DNA from: Chiloscyllium plagiosum
Taxonomy: Eukaryota
DNA length: 64,000 bases
Assembly (NCBI RefSeq): GCF_004010195.1
Contig: NC_057711.1
Coordinates: forward strand, 77,910,560-77,974,559
Reading direction: 5' to 3'
Position numbers and translations under genes: made by a program. The notes beneath the pieces are model-generated. The model was not told where the DNA came from and did no database searches. It saw nothing but the letters and a program-made list of their open reading frames with translations. Shown here piece by piece: positions 37,591 to 50,271 of this stretch (its first letter is position 1; every line of letters starts with the position of its first letter).

Positions 37591-38844
37591 CAGGAAAAAA
37601 TCCCAATAAAGCCAACTTCCTTGGTTTTATACTGTTACAATCCACTGGAGCAGTGTGCTGCAAATAGTGCCCTGCTGTCTCCAGAGTCTTACTAAATGTT
37701 AGAAATACATTTTTTTTACCAAGGTATGCACAATGCACCAAGTTACCTGACTTTCTCCCCTGTAACCACAAACCTGCATACACAGTACACAGACAAACAA
37801 ATAAGGAAATTATTATTGGTGAAAATGGAGAAAAACTGGAAAGTCAATTCAGTAGGCTTTGCTTCCTGATGCCGATGTCAAGATGATCCATCTTTGGCTA
37901 TCCAGGCTATTGTTTTTTCGTTATCTTTCTTTCCAGAGGTTTCCACTAGTTTTTAAGTACAGAACAACTGGGAAAATTTCTTCAGTTTATCAATTCAAAA
38001 ACTGCTGCAGGAAAGATTGCTGGTTCTTTTAAATTCTAATTTGAGATTTTTACTGCAGTTTCTGCTGGAGAAAACAATGGTACACTGTTTGCTGTCTCTC
38101 TTTCTCTCATTTGTTTTCAGTTCAGTCTGCTTAATTAGTTGAGAACCAATTTCATTTGTAAACAACACCTCAACTCTTTGTCATCTGCACATTGCAGGAA
38201 TACATTAAGAAACGGAGTTCACAGTAGATAATCAAATTTCTTGTTGTGAGGTTATGCAGCTAACCTGTAAATACCAATTTTGAAAAATAGCTGTTCTTCC
38301 TGCAGTCCACAGTTTTTGAAGACAAATTGTTCTTACACTATGCCTCTATTCATGAAGTCAGGGAGCTTCTATCCTTTCTTCATTTGTCCTGCCATCTCAA
38401 GGTTGCTGTGTTCCTGCAATCGCTTTATAATTGTAGCATTTTGTTTCTACAAAAACCAACTGCTGCAAATGCTGAAAATTTGGAATAAAAACAGAAAATA
38501 GTATAAAAATTGAATACATCTATAATAATTACTAAAAGGAGTCACGAAGTCAAAGCATTTCACCTTGCACTCATCAAGACTTAGATGCTTGTAACAGACA
38601 TTAAAAAAGAAACACTAATTTATACAGCATAAAAAAAATACTGCTGGCTGGTTAGGTCATCAGCATGGAGAAATCAATGATGTAAATGTATTAGTCTTGA
38701 TGAGTGCAAAACAAAAATTTTCAATCTTGTGTCTTACCATTGTTTGTAAGTACAGAACTTAAACAGTTTTTTTGCAGGACTGTAATATCTGGATGAAGGC
38801 AAACAGTATTGGAAATATTTCAAGATGTTTCAAGAGAACTTGAC

Positions 38845-39055
38845 CTACCTGCATCCACCTATCGCCATCCCACCTACATTTCTCCCAGCTACCACCCCCT
38901 CCATTTATTTCTCAACCCATTCTCCCTTCCCAATCCTGATGAAGGATCCTGCCTAAAATGTCAACCCTTCTGCTTTTCGGATGCTGCCTGACCGACTGTG
39001 CACCACACTTTATTGACCCTGGCTCTCCAGTATCTGCAGTCCTCACTATCTCCAA
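38845..39055 (+). mobile_element. PLE (family A) 3' end with degenerate hammerhead
   Basis: ctgatgaaggatcctgcctaaaatgtc ... tctgcagtcctcactatctcc. Confidence 0.75.
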
Positions 39056-39062
39056 TTCTTGG

Positions 39063-40150
39063 TAAAGTGTCAACAGCTGAATAGTAAATGAAGGAGATGA
39101 TGTATAATTGAATTAAATGAGGCAGAGAGATAATTACAAAAAATTAAAAATAATGTGTTGCTGGAGACCAACCAAACGGCTAGAATAACATGATAGATGA
39201 GTCACGTGTCGAGGGACCAATCAAGGTAACAGGTAATCCAAAATTGTACAAACTAATTAAGGTAGAGAGATCGTACCAAGTTATCAAGGTGTTAGTGTCA
39301 AAACAGGACAGTAAGGAAGATTTTACAAACACAGAACAGTATGATGTGGTTACATGTAGCGTGACATGAACTCAAGATCACAGTTGAGGTCATCTTAATG
39401 GATACAGAACCTGGCTATCAGTTTCTGCTCAGCGATTCTGCATTGTTGTGTATCTCAAATACCACCTTGGAGGATGCTTATCCGACGATAAGAGGCTGAA
39501 TGTCCTTGACTACTGAAGCCTTCCCTGATTTGGGAGGGAACATTCCTGTCTGGCGATAACCTGTATGATTTCTCAACCTTAATTAGTTTGGATGGTTTTG
39601 GATTTGTTTTTCCCTTGACTAGGCCCTTAGCATGCAACTCTTACACCTATCTTGTTATTCCAGTCATTTGGTTCATTTCCAGCACCACCTTATTTTTGTT
39701 TTATTTTTGTAATTATTTTTCTGCTTCAATTAATTGGATTAAATGTCATCCCGTTCACTTACTAGTCAGCTGTTGACACTTTACTCACACTGTCTGACAC
39801 TTTGGATTACGTACAGAGACTTATTATTTAACATCTACTCATACCATTTGTATGATCATTTGACCTCTCTGCCCATTGATCACATTCCTGATGAAGGGCT
39901 AATGCACAAAATGTCGACTTTCCTGCTCCTCGGATGCTGCCTGACCAGCAGTGCTTTTCTAGCGTCACACTTTTCGATTCTGACTCTCCAGCATCTGCAG
40001 TCCTCACGTTCTCCCATTGATCTCTCTGCCTATAAATTCTGTGCCTGTATGCTTTTCTTCACTTCACCTGACAAAGGGGTAATGCCCCAAAAGCTTCTGA
40101 TTTGAAATAAACCTGTTGGAATATAACCTGCTGTCACATGACTTCTGACC
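39063..40150. mobile_element. Penelope-like element, third family, inverted structure, with a nested family-A pLTR (39882-40012)
   Basis: Minus strand FSSQGHSAS..RISILQGG is a GIY-YIG C-terminus. Inverted repeat 39063-39285 vs 39555-39783. Degenerate hammerhead at 40068. The nested piece has a 10-bp TSD cccattgatc. Confidence 0.8.
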
Positions 40151-40833
40151 TTATCCAATTTAGTTATTGTAATATTTTTCTGGCTTGCCATTCTCCACCC
40201 TCCATAAACCTTCCTTATCCAAAATTCTACTACCTGTATTCATTCCAACAACATTTCTACTTGACTAGCGCCCTTTTTTCCTGACTGGATTGCATTGGCT
40301 CTTTGTATTTAAATGCATGCCATGAGTGCTCCGATTCCTCCATCAGTTCAAAGTAACAATATTCACTGCTATGCCCTCCCACCCCAAACCAAAATTTTGT
40401 TTTCACCATGACTGAATTTTTATGCATCACCATGTCCCTTTGCAGCACTATTTGATGCTATGGATTTCGTCTCCTTAGCTGCTCTTCATCCAGCTCATTT
40501 ACATCTTCATATCCCTCACCAATTTAAGGCATAGCTTTAATCTACTTCCTTGATTAAGCCTTTGGTTTGATCTCTTAACTTTTCTATGCCTTGATATCAT
40601 TTTTCTTTCTGTCTTTCTATGAAGTGCCTTGGGATCATTTCCTTTAAAAGTACTATGAAACCGAAATTCTTATTCTTGTTAGTTTTGAGGCAACAGAAAA
40701 AACTTCCTTGTGACATTATTCATTCTTTATCTGTTTTCACTTGCTGCAAAATTTTAGTTTGCAATTTTTTTATACCAAATGAAAAATTAAGTATTTCATT
40801 TTAATCTAGTTTGTTTTGTGCATGTTCTTGCAG

Positions 40834-41122
40834 ATCAGATCTTCGTTTGCAGCTGATAGTGGAAGACGAGAAAATATATACTCCCTGTGAAGCTATCACA
40901 TTTGGTCATGTTAGCACAAGTACTGAAATACTATTTCATCGCAAGTGCCAGTTTTCTAGAGGTGGTGACCAGCATACCCTTATGATCAATATAGTTGCAA
41001 TGCATGACATGCTGGCATCTGACAATCCTGATGAAATTAACAATGCATATGTTCTCCATTTGTGGCCGAGTGCTGTACTTCAAAACCTTTTGCCTTATGC
41101 AGTCAGTGTTTCCTTAATGGAG
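40834..41122 (+). CDS. VPS13A: VPS13A coding exon (phase 2-0): SDLRLQLIVEDEK...YVLHLWPSAVLQNLLPYAVSVSLME
   Basis: ttcttgcag / gtatgt, 289 nt. HLWP...L.NLLPY is a VAB-repeat motif. Confidence 0.93.
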
Positions 41123-41554
41123 GTATGTTTGCCTGTGTGTTTTGCATGTAGACTGTGATAAATGTTAAATTTGTTTTTCTTAGGATATTATTACACATGG
41201 AGAAAGAAGTACTAACATCAGAAGCAGGACCCAGAAACACCATTGATGCTAAGAGTTTTAACATTCAAACTCTCCTGTTTTCTAACAATAAGTTGCTGTG
41301 TTTTTTGGCTTGCTTTAAGTATTCCTCACTAATCATATGGTTAGGTAATGCTCTCAACAAAAAACATTTTGTGTTCCCATCGCACTCCGATTCAGAATAG
41401 GGCTACAATATTAAGTAAACACTTTTTTAAGGAACTTTTCAGTTTTATTTAATCAAGTAAAAAGAATTGCTGTCACTGAAAACAAACAACTAGAATACTT
41501 TTCTCAATGTTGAATTATTATTTTAGGCAATTTTTTAGTTAAAATTCTTCAGTA

Positions 41555-41765
41555 GTCATTGTCACTATAGCCCCTGAGGACCATAAGGCTGCCCTCTCAC
41601 GAGAGAAAGACAATTGATGGTGAATTTGACCTGAGGGTCAGCACACTTCAGGTGAGGTGTGAGGTCAAGAAGATTGAATCTTCATGGTATCTCATCTGGT
41701 GTTGGAATTTAACCCATGCCATTGGCATCACTGCATTGCAAATAAATTAACTGAAGTAACTGACA
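41555..41765 (-). mobile_element. tRNA-derived SINE, second family
   Basis: Reverse-complement similarity to 2930-3136. Confidence 0.55.
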
Positions 41766-43505
41766 CCTTAAACTTTTTTGTGTATCTATTGATCACCATT
41801 TATCACACTAAAGTTTCTTTGCTTTCTATAGCACTATGACTCAAAGTGATATGTTGTTCAGTGTTGGCAACTGTACCAGACAAAAAGACCCTACTTTGCT
41901 ATGTTTGTTTATACAATTCTTCCATATAAATGATGTCGGAAAGCTTGACACATTTGAGAAAAGCAAGGTTGAGTGGCCATCCTTGCTGGCCTTTATAGAT
42001 GCTCAGTTCTTGTCTCCCCATTTATCATTAAGTAATTTTACAACCATGCAACCCATGTAATCCTCTCCTGAAAAAAAGTCAAAGCTATGTTTGGATCCCA
42101 ATAGTAATGCCAGCAGCTGTGTCTTTTCTCAATCAATTGTTAATTTCATTGTTGAGATGCCTACCTTTGAAGAGCCTCGGCACGAGACACAGATTTGCAC
42201 TGGCTGATTTGAGATTCACACAAAACAGCAGATGAGCTGACTTGAACTTTAAATAGTACATTTAAAACTTGAGAATAATTTACATGTGAAAAGTAATCTT
42301 AATGTTGCAAACTTCCTTAAAGGGGAAATGCATAAGGGATCAGAAGAGAGTGTAAAGATTGAAAGAGTGCGAGACAAGGCAACAATTGGCAGAAAGACAG
42401 TGATAGCAAAGATGTGGCTGTTTGCAAGGGTTGGGGAGGTGAGAGAGAGAGGGCAAGGGTATGTAAATGTTAGTGGTTAGCAGCCCATATGTTTAATGTA
42501 AGGCTGGACAGGACACCCATCACTATATAGGATTGGGAGATGCTTCACAAGTATGGAGAAAAAAAAAGCATCAATATTCTTCCATCTTAATCACATGTTT
42601 CATTTTTAGAATATTAAAATATATTTCAAGAATTAAGTGCCTACACTAAAGATCAGTAACCGTACTTGCTTAACATTTGTTCTGTAATTCTGTAACTTAA
42701 AAGTGGTTTTAGCATGAATGACATCCAGTAACTTAAGATTTAAAATGTTGCTTATTCTCAATGGATTATTCCTTTGATTTATTTTAGAAATGGTTTACTT
42801 CAGAATATTGAAAGAAAATCAACAGCTCATGTATTAAGAATTCTAAAACCTGCTAGTCATTCTGGCTTATGAATTGCATAAATGTCAATTTATTTTTCTC
42901 ATGTCATGGCACACCATTTATACAATGTGTTTTGTTATTCACCATATTTACAATAATAATTTTTCTTTGTTTTTTAAGTTAATGAGTGGAACTATTTTTG
43001 TTGTGTCTGGTAAAACTTCCTGCTTCAATTCACAGTTGTACAGCAAGATTGCTTCTTTTAAAAATGAGTGGAATGGAAAAAAAGACAGGAAAAATACATA
43101 TAAGACTATAAAAACATAGAAAAGCAAGATGATAGTCTCACTTAATCTGTCTTGTATCATCATTTCTGCAAAACACTTACATTTAATTTTAGCAGTAAAA
43201 ACTGATCTCTTCTGATGAAAAAAGTTTCCATTAGTCCAAGAACTTCTCTTTTTCAAATGTTTAATTGTGTTCACGTTTAGCAATTTTATTTATTTATTGA
43301 GTAGAACTATCAAACAAATTTCTAGTGTAACAATAGGGCTCTAGCATCATTCCAGAAGTTTGGGAATTCCTCCTTGCAATAATAAGGCTACAAGGTAATT
43401 TCTTTCATTGTTTTTTAGAACATGTATAAATGCATAAATGAAGAACATCTTGAAAATTAAATACAATAATCATAATTTTATGTTCGAAAATAATTCTTGT
43501 TGCAG

Positions 43506-43901
43506 GAAAATAAGAGTCGGAGGTTGATTCTAGATGAAGGACATTCTGCCCAACTTCATGATGCTGTACTAGACCAATCCAAACTGACACTGACTATTAT
43601 TGACTATTTAGAACATAATTGGGCAGGAGAATACTTGATCAAAAGCAATCAGACAGATATTGAATTAATTAAATTTAAATCATATATTGATGGTGAAGAA
43701 ACTGAAATAGATATTGCAATCCTTGCAACATACAATGTTGGACATGTGATGCTATCATTGTATAGTCCCTATTGGATGATAAATAAAACTGGACGACTGC
43801 TTCAGTACAAAGCTGATGATGTTCATCGTAAACATCCTTTGGACTACAAAAAGCCTCTCCTTTTCTCTTTTGGATCTAAATGCTTTTTTGAAAAGAATAA
43901 A
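43506..43901 (+). CDS. VPS13A: VPS13A coding exon (phase 0-0): ENKSRRLILDEGHSAQ...YSPYWMINKTGRLLQYKADDVHRKHP...FFEKNK
   Basis: ttgttgcag / gtaagt, 396 nt. SPYWM.NKTGR.LQYKAD..HRKHP is diagnostic of VPS13A (SHR-BD/VAB). Confidence 0.97.
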
Positions 43902-44822
43902 GTAAGTTGTTTATCTTTTTTTGTTGTTTTACAATTTATTGCTCATTTATTTTCCTCAAGTATTAACATAATATTACAACATTATTCAAAGGGAGAAATT
44001 TTAACCTAGGAGAGTGCATGGATTTGGGCACAAGTAAGGCTTTCTTTTAATCTAAAATTATTTCAATTATATAATATTTCATTGTACAGGGGTATTATAC
44101 TTTTATTGAGTTAATAATAACTCTAATCCAAGAGAAGCAGTCATGCGTGTATTTCCTCTTATCAATCAGCCATCAAGCAGCAAACCTGGACAGAAATATA
44201 ACAACTGGGAAAGGAATCTAGGACATTTTTATGTATGACATATTTATTTCTCTTCAATTAAGCATTAAGCTTTACTTTCCTGTCACTGCTAGAAGTGAAA
44301 CTGGGATTTGATAGTACACTTGTTAGAATCTTTGTTGACGTTTCATTATTTTTATTTCATTCTTGTAAAGCTGTGGACTGTGAGCTGAAGATGGCCTTAG
44401 ACTGTGGCCTGGGAACACTATCGTTGTACCAACCTAGAAACAAAATCTTGCTGTCTTGATCTTTCTCATTTAAAAATCAAAACTTTGCAGTGTGCTTTGT
44501 ATATCCATATTTGCATAGCTTCATACACATTTTCTCCACTCCTATTTTGATTAAATTTGTGTTGGTCAACTGGTACAAAAATAGCAAAGTTGCATTATTT
44601 TATGAAACACAAAATTAACTAGCTCCCAAGCTTTTTTTTCTCCCTTATGGACGAGTTGCATTTATGAAGTATAATATGACATTCCTTTTGAGTAAAATTA
44701 CTGTTGTAATGCAGAAAAATGTGGTAGAACTGAGCATAAATAATTTCAGCATAAAAGATTGAGGTACAATGACTTGATTACTATAAAATTGTGTCTTATA
44801 AAAATTTATTTTAAAAATATAG

Positions 44823-44927
44823 GTTCAGCTTAGGATAACTGACAGCCAATTATCAGATTCATTTTCTCTGGACACAGTGGGTAGTTATGGCTCTATTAAA
44901 TGCAAAGGACCAAAAAAGGAGTATCAG
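44823..44927 (+). CDS. VPS13A: VPS13A coding exon (phase 0-0): VQLRITDSQLSDSFSLDTVGSYGSIKCKGPKKEYQ
   Basis: aatatag / gtaagt, 105 nt. FS.DTVGS.G..KCKG motif. Confidence 0.95.
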
Positions 44928-45973
44928 GTAAGTGTCTTTAAAGCAATACTACAATTTATATTTTGCCTACATATGGTTTTAATAGATTAAAGTAATGAAT
45001 TGAATCATACAATAGTTACAGTACAGAAGAAGGCCTTCTGATCTGTAGGTTCCATGTCAGAGCTCTGAGAGAAAAATCTATATTCCAAATGAGGGAGTGG
45101 GGTGACATAAATTGGGCCTCTAATCAACTGTTTGAAGCATATGATTAAATATAATAGCTGTAGAAAGACTAATAAGTTAATCTTTACCTCTTAATGCATA
45201 CTGAACAAAAGCCCACATGCCATTAGTTCAAAATCTAAATTCTACAATAGTCGTTGATGATATCTATAACTCATACACCTTACATCACAAAATAAATGCA
45301 AACGCATGCAATTTGGGAAAATTATTTGGATAAGACACTTTTTTTTTGTGGAGACATTATGTTAACCAATTCACAGCTAACTTTTTCCATTATCTGTCTC
45401 TTCTTTATTCTTGATTTGTTTTTGAAAATACCGCACTCATTTACTGCTAAAAATAATCTGGAGCATCTGCTGACATCGAAGTCTGGCAGGAAAAGGAACT
45501 CACCTTCTACAGGAAATGAGCATGATGTTTGCTAATATGAAATTCATTCCATGATTACAAAAGAACAACACTAATAAATGCTTCTACATTTGTATGTAGA
45601 AGCAGTGTAGCTATGTAAGGAGTTGCATGTCATCTATACAATGGAGAGGTGTACAACAAGTGCTGGCAGCGTAGGAATCCATTGTCTGTACAAGCCTGAG
45701 GATGCGCGACATTGTGCCCAATAATTTGATAATTTGTAACTGCAGCAGAGCCTTTTGTCAGTTTGAAATAATATAAAAGGATTTTGATGGTTTATAACTT
45801 TTATTGCTTACCAAAGAGAATTATGCAAGCCTTCACAGATGAAAACCTGAAGCACAATTGAAATTCATACAAGGATGCAAACTTGTCAGTCATTAATTTA
45901 ACTAGTTAAGTTGAACATTTTCCCTATATAATCATAAACAAATTAAAGTTTATTTAAATGATTTTTTTTCTAG

Positions 45974-46120
45974 GTTGGTGTGAAAATAGACAACAGCAGC
46001 TTTAATCTAACAAGAATTGTTACCTTTACACCATTTCACATGCTAATCAATCGAACGAAGCACAAGATTGAAGTTACTGAAGAATGTGAATCAAAGTGGT
46101 TGGGCATTGATTCAAACCAG
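45974..46120 (+). CDS. VPS13A: VPS13A coding exon (phase 0-0): VGVKIDNSSFNLTRIVTFTPFHMLINRTKHKIEVTEECESKWLGIDSNQ
   Basis: ttttttttctag / gtaatt, 147 nt. SSFN.TRIVTFTPF motif. Confidence 0.96.
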
Positions 46121-46561
46121 GTAATTGAGCATCCTTTTAATCAATGTGGTGAATATTTAAAAGAAATGTATAGTTCATTTGAAAAGCTGAATATTGCAAG
46201 ATGTAGGAACTGAGAAGATGAGTAATCTAGATGTCTCGGGAGACAATCAATGCCTGTTTTTCTTTTATTTTTCTTTCATGGGATGAGGGTGCTGCTGGTA
46301 AGGTCCAGCCCATCCTTAATTGCCCTCAGAGGGGAGTTAAGAGTCAACTACATTGCTGTCACACGTTTCCAGATCAAGTGAAGTGAGGCCAAGGATGGTA
46401 GAGTACCTCTCTTAAATCACATTATTCAACCAGAAGTATTTTACAAAAGTCAGTGATAGTTGTCATGGTCATCATTAATGAAACTGGCTTTATATTCCAG
46501 ATTCTATTAATTGAATTTCAATTCTACCAGCAAACATGAGTGATATGTAGCACTAATATTA

Positions 46562-46633
46562 GCAATGGTGGTATAGCGGTGAGCATAGCTGCCTTCAAAG
46601 CAGTAGACCTGGCTTTAATTCCCAGTCATCAGA
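46562..46633 (+). pseudogene. tRNA-Gly(TCC)-derived pseudogene whose anticodon now reads TCA
   Basis: GCAATGGTGGTATAGCGGTGAGCATAGCTGC-CTTCAAA-GCAGTAGACCTGGCTTTAATTCCCAGTCATCAGA aligns end to end with vertebrate tRNA-Gly-TCC. The T-loop and acceptor stem are damaged. Confidence 0.85.
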
Positions 46634-46649
46634 AGCTGCCACCTTTTGG

Positions 46650-46992
46650 AATGGTACAGTGGCTCAGTGGTTAACATTGTATCACAGAGACAACAACCCA
46701 AGCTCTATACCACCATCAGGTGACTGTGTGGAGTTTGCATGTTCTTCTCATGGCTGCATGGGTTTTCTCTAGGTGCTCCTTCCACAGTCCAAAGATGTGC
46801 AGGTTAGTTGGATTGGCCATGCTAAATTGCCCATAGTTTCCAGGAATGTGCAGGCTAAGTGGATTAGCCATGGAAAAGGCAGGGTTACATAGATTGGAGG
46901 GGGGAGGTTTGGGTGGGTTCTCTTCAGAGGGTCATTGTGGACTCGATGGCTGATTGGCCTGTTTCTACACCATAGGGATTTGATGTTTCTAT
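46650..46992 (+). mobile_element. HE1-type SINE (diverged)
   Basis: cagtggctcagtggtt head, core and tail. Confidence 0.85.
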
Positions 46993-47654
46993 GAACACGG
47001 TGGGATTTGAACCTATATTTCCAGGACATTGGCCTAGGCCTCCGGATTACTAGTCCATTGACATTACCACTACACCATCATGTCTGAACCCTAATATTGC
47101 AGGTTTCTATAATTTACAATAGGCCTTAAACAACTTTAGTCCTTTTAAAAAGAAGTGCAGATTGTAATCATGGTGGATTCTGTTGCATGGCTCAACTAAG
47201 TTGGAATAAATGAGTTTCCTCATTTGTACCTTTCTTTTGATGTGCTCAAAACTGAACTTTGCAGTAAATGTTCTTACCTACCCTTGGCTATTTCAATAGC
47301 CTTGTGAAGTAAGAGGTTGCTCTGAAATTATTTGTTAGATTAACTTTCACACATCTGTTCACTCAGTCCTGTCATTTTTATGTTAGGCAGAAATCTTGTA
47401 ACTTCTTTACGTATGCTTACTTTCCAGTTTTCACTTTGTCTATAAATAGGATTTGAGCAGCTTGAATTGTTCACGCAGTTTTATTTCTTTACCATTGAGT
47501 AGCCTGCACAATGAGTCAAATTATCCAATAGAACAAAGTCTTATTGATGTTATCAGTCTAAATAAAATACATAATTTAACTTTATATTTTACCATTAAAC
47601 ATGTCATAATTTTTAAAAATTTATTTACGGAATAGTTTGATCTATTTTAACCAG

Positions 47655-47783
47655 TGCAGCCCATTCTGGCCTGCCAGAGATTCTGAGAGATTAGCAGTTC
47701 GAATTGAAGGATGCAGTGCTGGGCCCCAAAAGTTTTACTTCAACAAACAAGAAAATTGTCTTTTACTGCGTCTGGACAATAAG
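47655..47783 (+). CDS. VPS13A: VPS13A coding exon (phase 0-0): CSPFWPARDSERLAVRIEG...FYFNKQENCLLLRLDNK
   Basis: ttttaaccag / gtatga, 129 nt. C.PFWP and YFNKQENC.LLRLDN motifs. Confidence 0.96.
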
Positions 47784-48334
47784 GTATGAATGTTTTAGAA
47801 ATGTTATGATATAAAAACCATGATTATACAAAAGTACCAAGGTGAAATTGGCTCCTATGAAAATGATGTGATAGAGACAATGCACTTTTTACCAACCTAC
47901 TGCCACCCACAGTTACTTGGTAATATTTTCTCACCCTATATCCTATAAGGACGTCATTACATTGTCTCAATTCTTCCTTCTCGATTACATTTGTTTTGAT
48001 TATGCAACTTTTCAAACCAATAATTTTGCAATTTAATACAATATATTCAGTGTTTACAATGTGGTTTCCTCTACAGTTGGAAAGATCAAATGTAGATTGT
48101 GACTGCTTTGCAGAACCTTCACTCCGTTCAAAAATCCCAAGACCTTGTTGGTTTGATATTTGATCTCACATTGATGTTTCTGCCCTTGGCCTACTACATT
48201 GTTTCAGTGAAGTTCAATGTCAACATGAAATACAAATCTTATTTTTCAATTAGGGACTCTACAGTCTTTCAAACTCAAAATTGATTTTAGCAATTTTAGA
48301 CCATTTCTGACCCATTATGTTTCCTTTTCACAGA

Positions 48335-48610
48335 ATCATTGAATTTTGTGGAGCAGAAGGCCATTTAACCTTCTCATGTTTGCACTAGCTCTCTGAGCAC
48401 AGTACCAAACCCACGTCTTGTCCCTATAACCCTGCACATTGTTCATGCTTCTGTATTCGTCGAAGCCTTTTTTAAATGCCTCAATTGACCCTGTCTGCAT
48501 CACAGTTCCAAGCAATGAATTCCAAACTCCGACCACTTGCAATGTGAGTCTTTTTCTTCTCATCTCGCATTTGCTACTTTTGCAAAACAATTTAAATGTG
48601 CCCTCTGATT
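48335..48610 (-). mobile_element. CR1 LINE 3' end
   Basis: VVGVWNSL...GSIEAFKKGFDEY. Confidence 0.75.
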
Positions 48611-50271
48611 CACAATTATTTTCTTTGCTTGTTTCATTTATCTTTTATTTTTGCTTGCTGTCAGAAATACACCTAATTAAAGCACATCATGTACTTTTAA
48701 AGTACTTCTTTTCTTGTACTGCTCCATTCCCTTGGGTACTGTAAGAATTACTCTTCTATAATTCAGTTATTTTGGGCTACCACCTTGTCACAGATCATAA
48801 TTTTTCCTGTTCCAATTCATTCCTTGTGCAAAGCTTATTACATTTCTAACTAGTGATGAAAAGTCATTGATTGTGGATGTTAACTGTTTCTCTCTCTAGA
48901 AATTTACCTTTCTGTTGAATATTTCCAGATTTTTTATTTATCATTTTGAAATTCGATCGCCCCTCAGCTTTTAAACTCAAAGATATCCAAGCTGAAATTA
49001 TAGAAACTACCCTCAATATTATATTCCAGTATCATTTTGGTAAATCTAAGTTGCACCCTTTCCAATGTCAGTGAACCCTTCCTGCCAAGCAGTCCTCAAA
49101 ACTGAACCCCTATTCCAGATGGTTCAAAGAAATCTTACTGGACTTGAAACATTAGCTCTTTTCTTTTCACCACAGATGCTGTCAGACCAGTTGAGTTTCT
49201 GTTTTTTTTAATATCTGAATTTTGAGGTGTGATTCCCTTCAAATACTAATTCTCAGGTCTCATTCGTATCCAAAATTTGAAGGACCCAATAGATGAGGAA
49301 ATTCCAAATTTGGCTGCAATGGCCATCCCATAATAGCTCTACATATTGGAATCAAGAGAGATGCCCTGAATCAGGAATCGAAAGATGAACATGCACAAGT
49401 TTGGATGTTGACAGAGAAATTCCAGATCAGGGGTTGGTATCTGAAGATAGAGGCACTGCCAAAAGGAGTTGATCTGGCATCAGTAGAGCCAGTTAGTATT
49501 GGGCAATTTAGGATCGAGAGATGAGGCTGGAGATTAGGAAGAGATCAATTTTAGGGCCAGGAGTTGAGTTGCTCATTTTATTGATGAACAATCTCGTAAA
49601 TTGGAGGAAAAGAAAGAAAAGAACTGCAAATGCTAGAAATCAGAACTGAAGAAGTTTTGAAAAAGTGTTACTGGGTCCAAAACATTAACTCCGATTTCTG
49701 TCCACAGGTGCTGCCAGATCTGTTGAATTTTTCCAGCAATTTCTGTTTTGCTTTTGTAACCTCTGTAATTGGTTTTCTTGAGTTCAGCTTCTGATGAACT
49801 TTGGACAAATTGGTGAAACCTCAGTTAGGTATGAATTGCTCACGCAAAGTGCTCACGAACTGCTTCAGGTGAAATTAAAGGAAATCATTTGCCTGCTCTA
49901 AATCTTATAGTGAATGCTGCATTTTAAGATGGAAATTGTATTTCTGTCCTGCACACCACATTGGAGCACTGAGGGTTTGTGCAGCATTTGAAAAGTAGAT
50001 GCTAGATGGACTATGTCTAAGCCATTACTACTTCCTAATAGTTTCCAACTGTGACCTTATTGCTTCTGCTGCAGTGAAAATATTAAGAACATTCTCATTT
50101 GTGATCAAGTGTTGACCCTTTGATCTAAAGGACTTGATACTCCATTTCAAAACTTAGCATGTCCAGACAGCAGAAATGTGTTTTTAAATTGTATATTGTG
50201 AATTTCAATGAATTTAAAATGAGCTATAATATGATTCTCAACCTGATTGAAACTTCCTTCTTATGTTACAG

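Larger units (their letters stand above)
46265..47080 (-). mobile_element. tRNA-headed SINE (third family) split by a tRNA pseudogene and an HE1 insertion
   Basis: Minus head ggtgtagtggtaatgtcaatggactagtaatcc...ggttcaaatcccacc. The body matches 290-400 and the tail matches the LINE 3' end at 25480-25545. Confidence 0.7.

Noticed and set aside
46562..46633. Functional selenocysteine or suppressor tRNA gene
   Set aside because: The body is tRNA-Gly, with no long variable arm, and the T-loop/B box and acceptor stem are disrupted.
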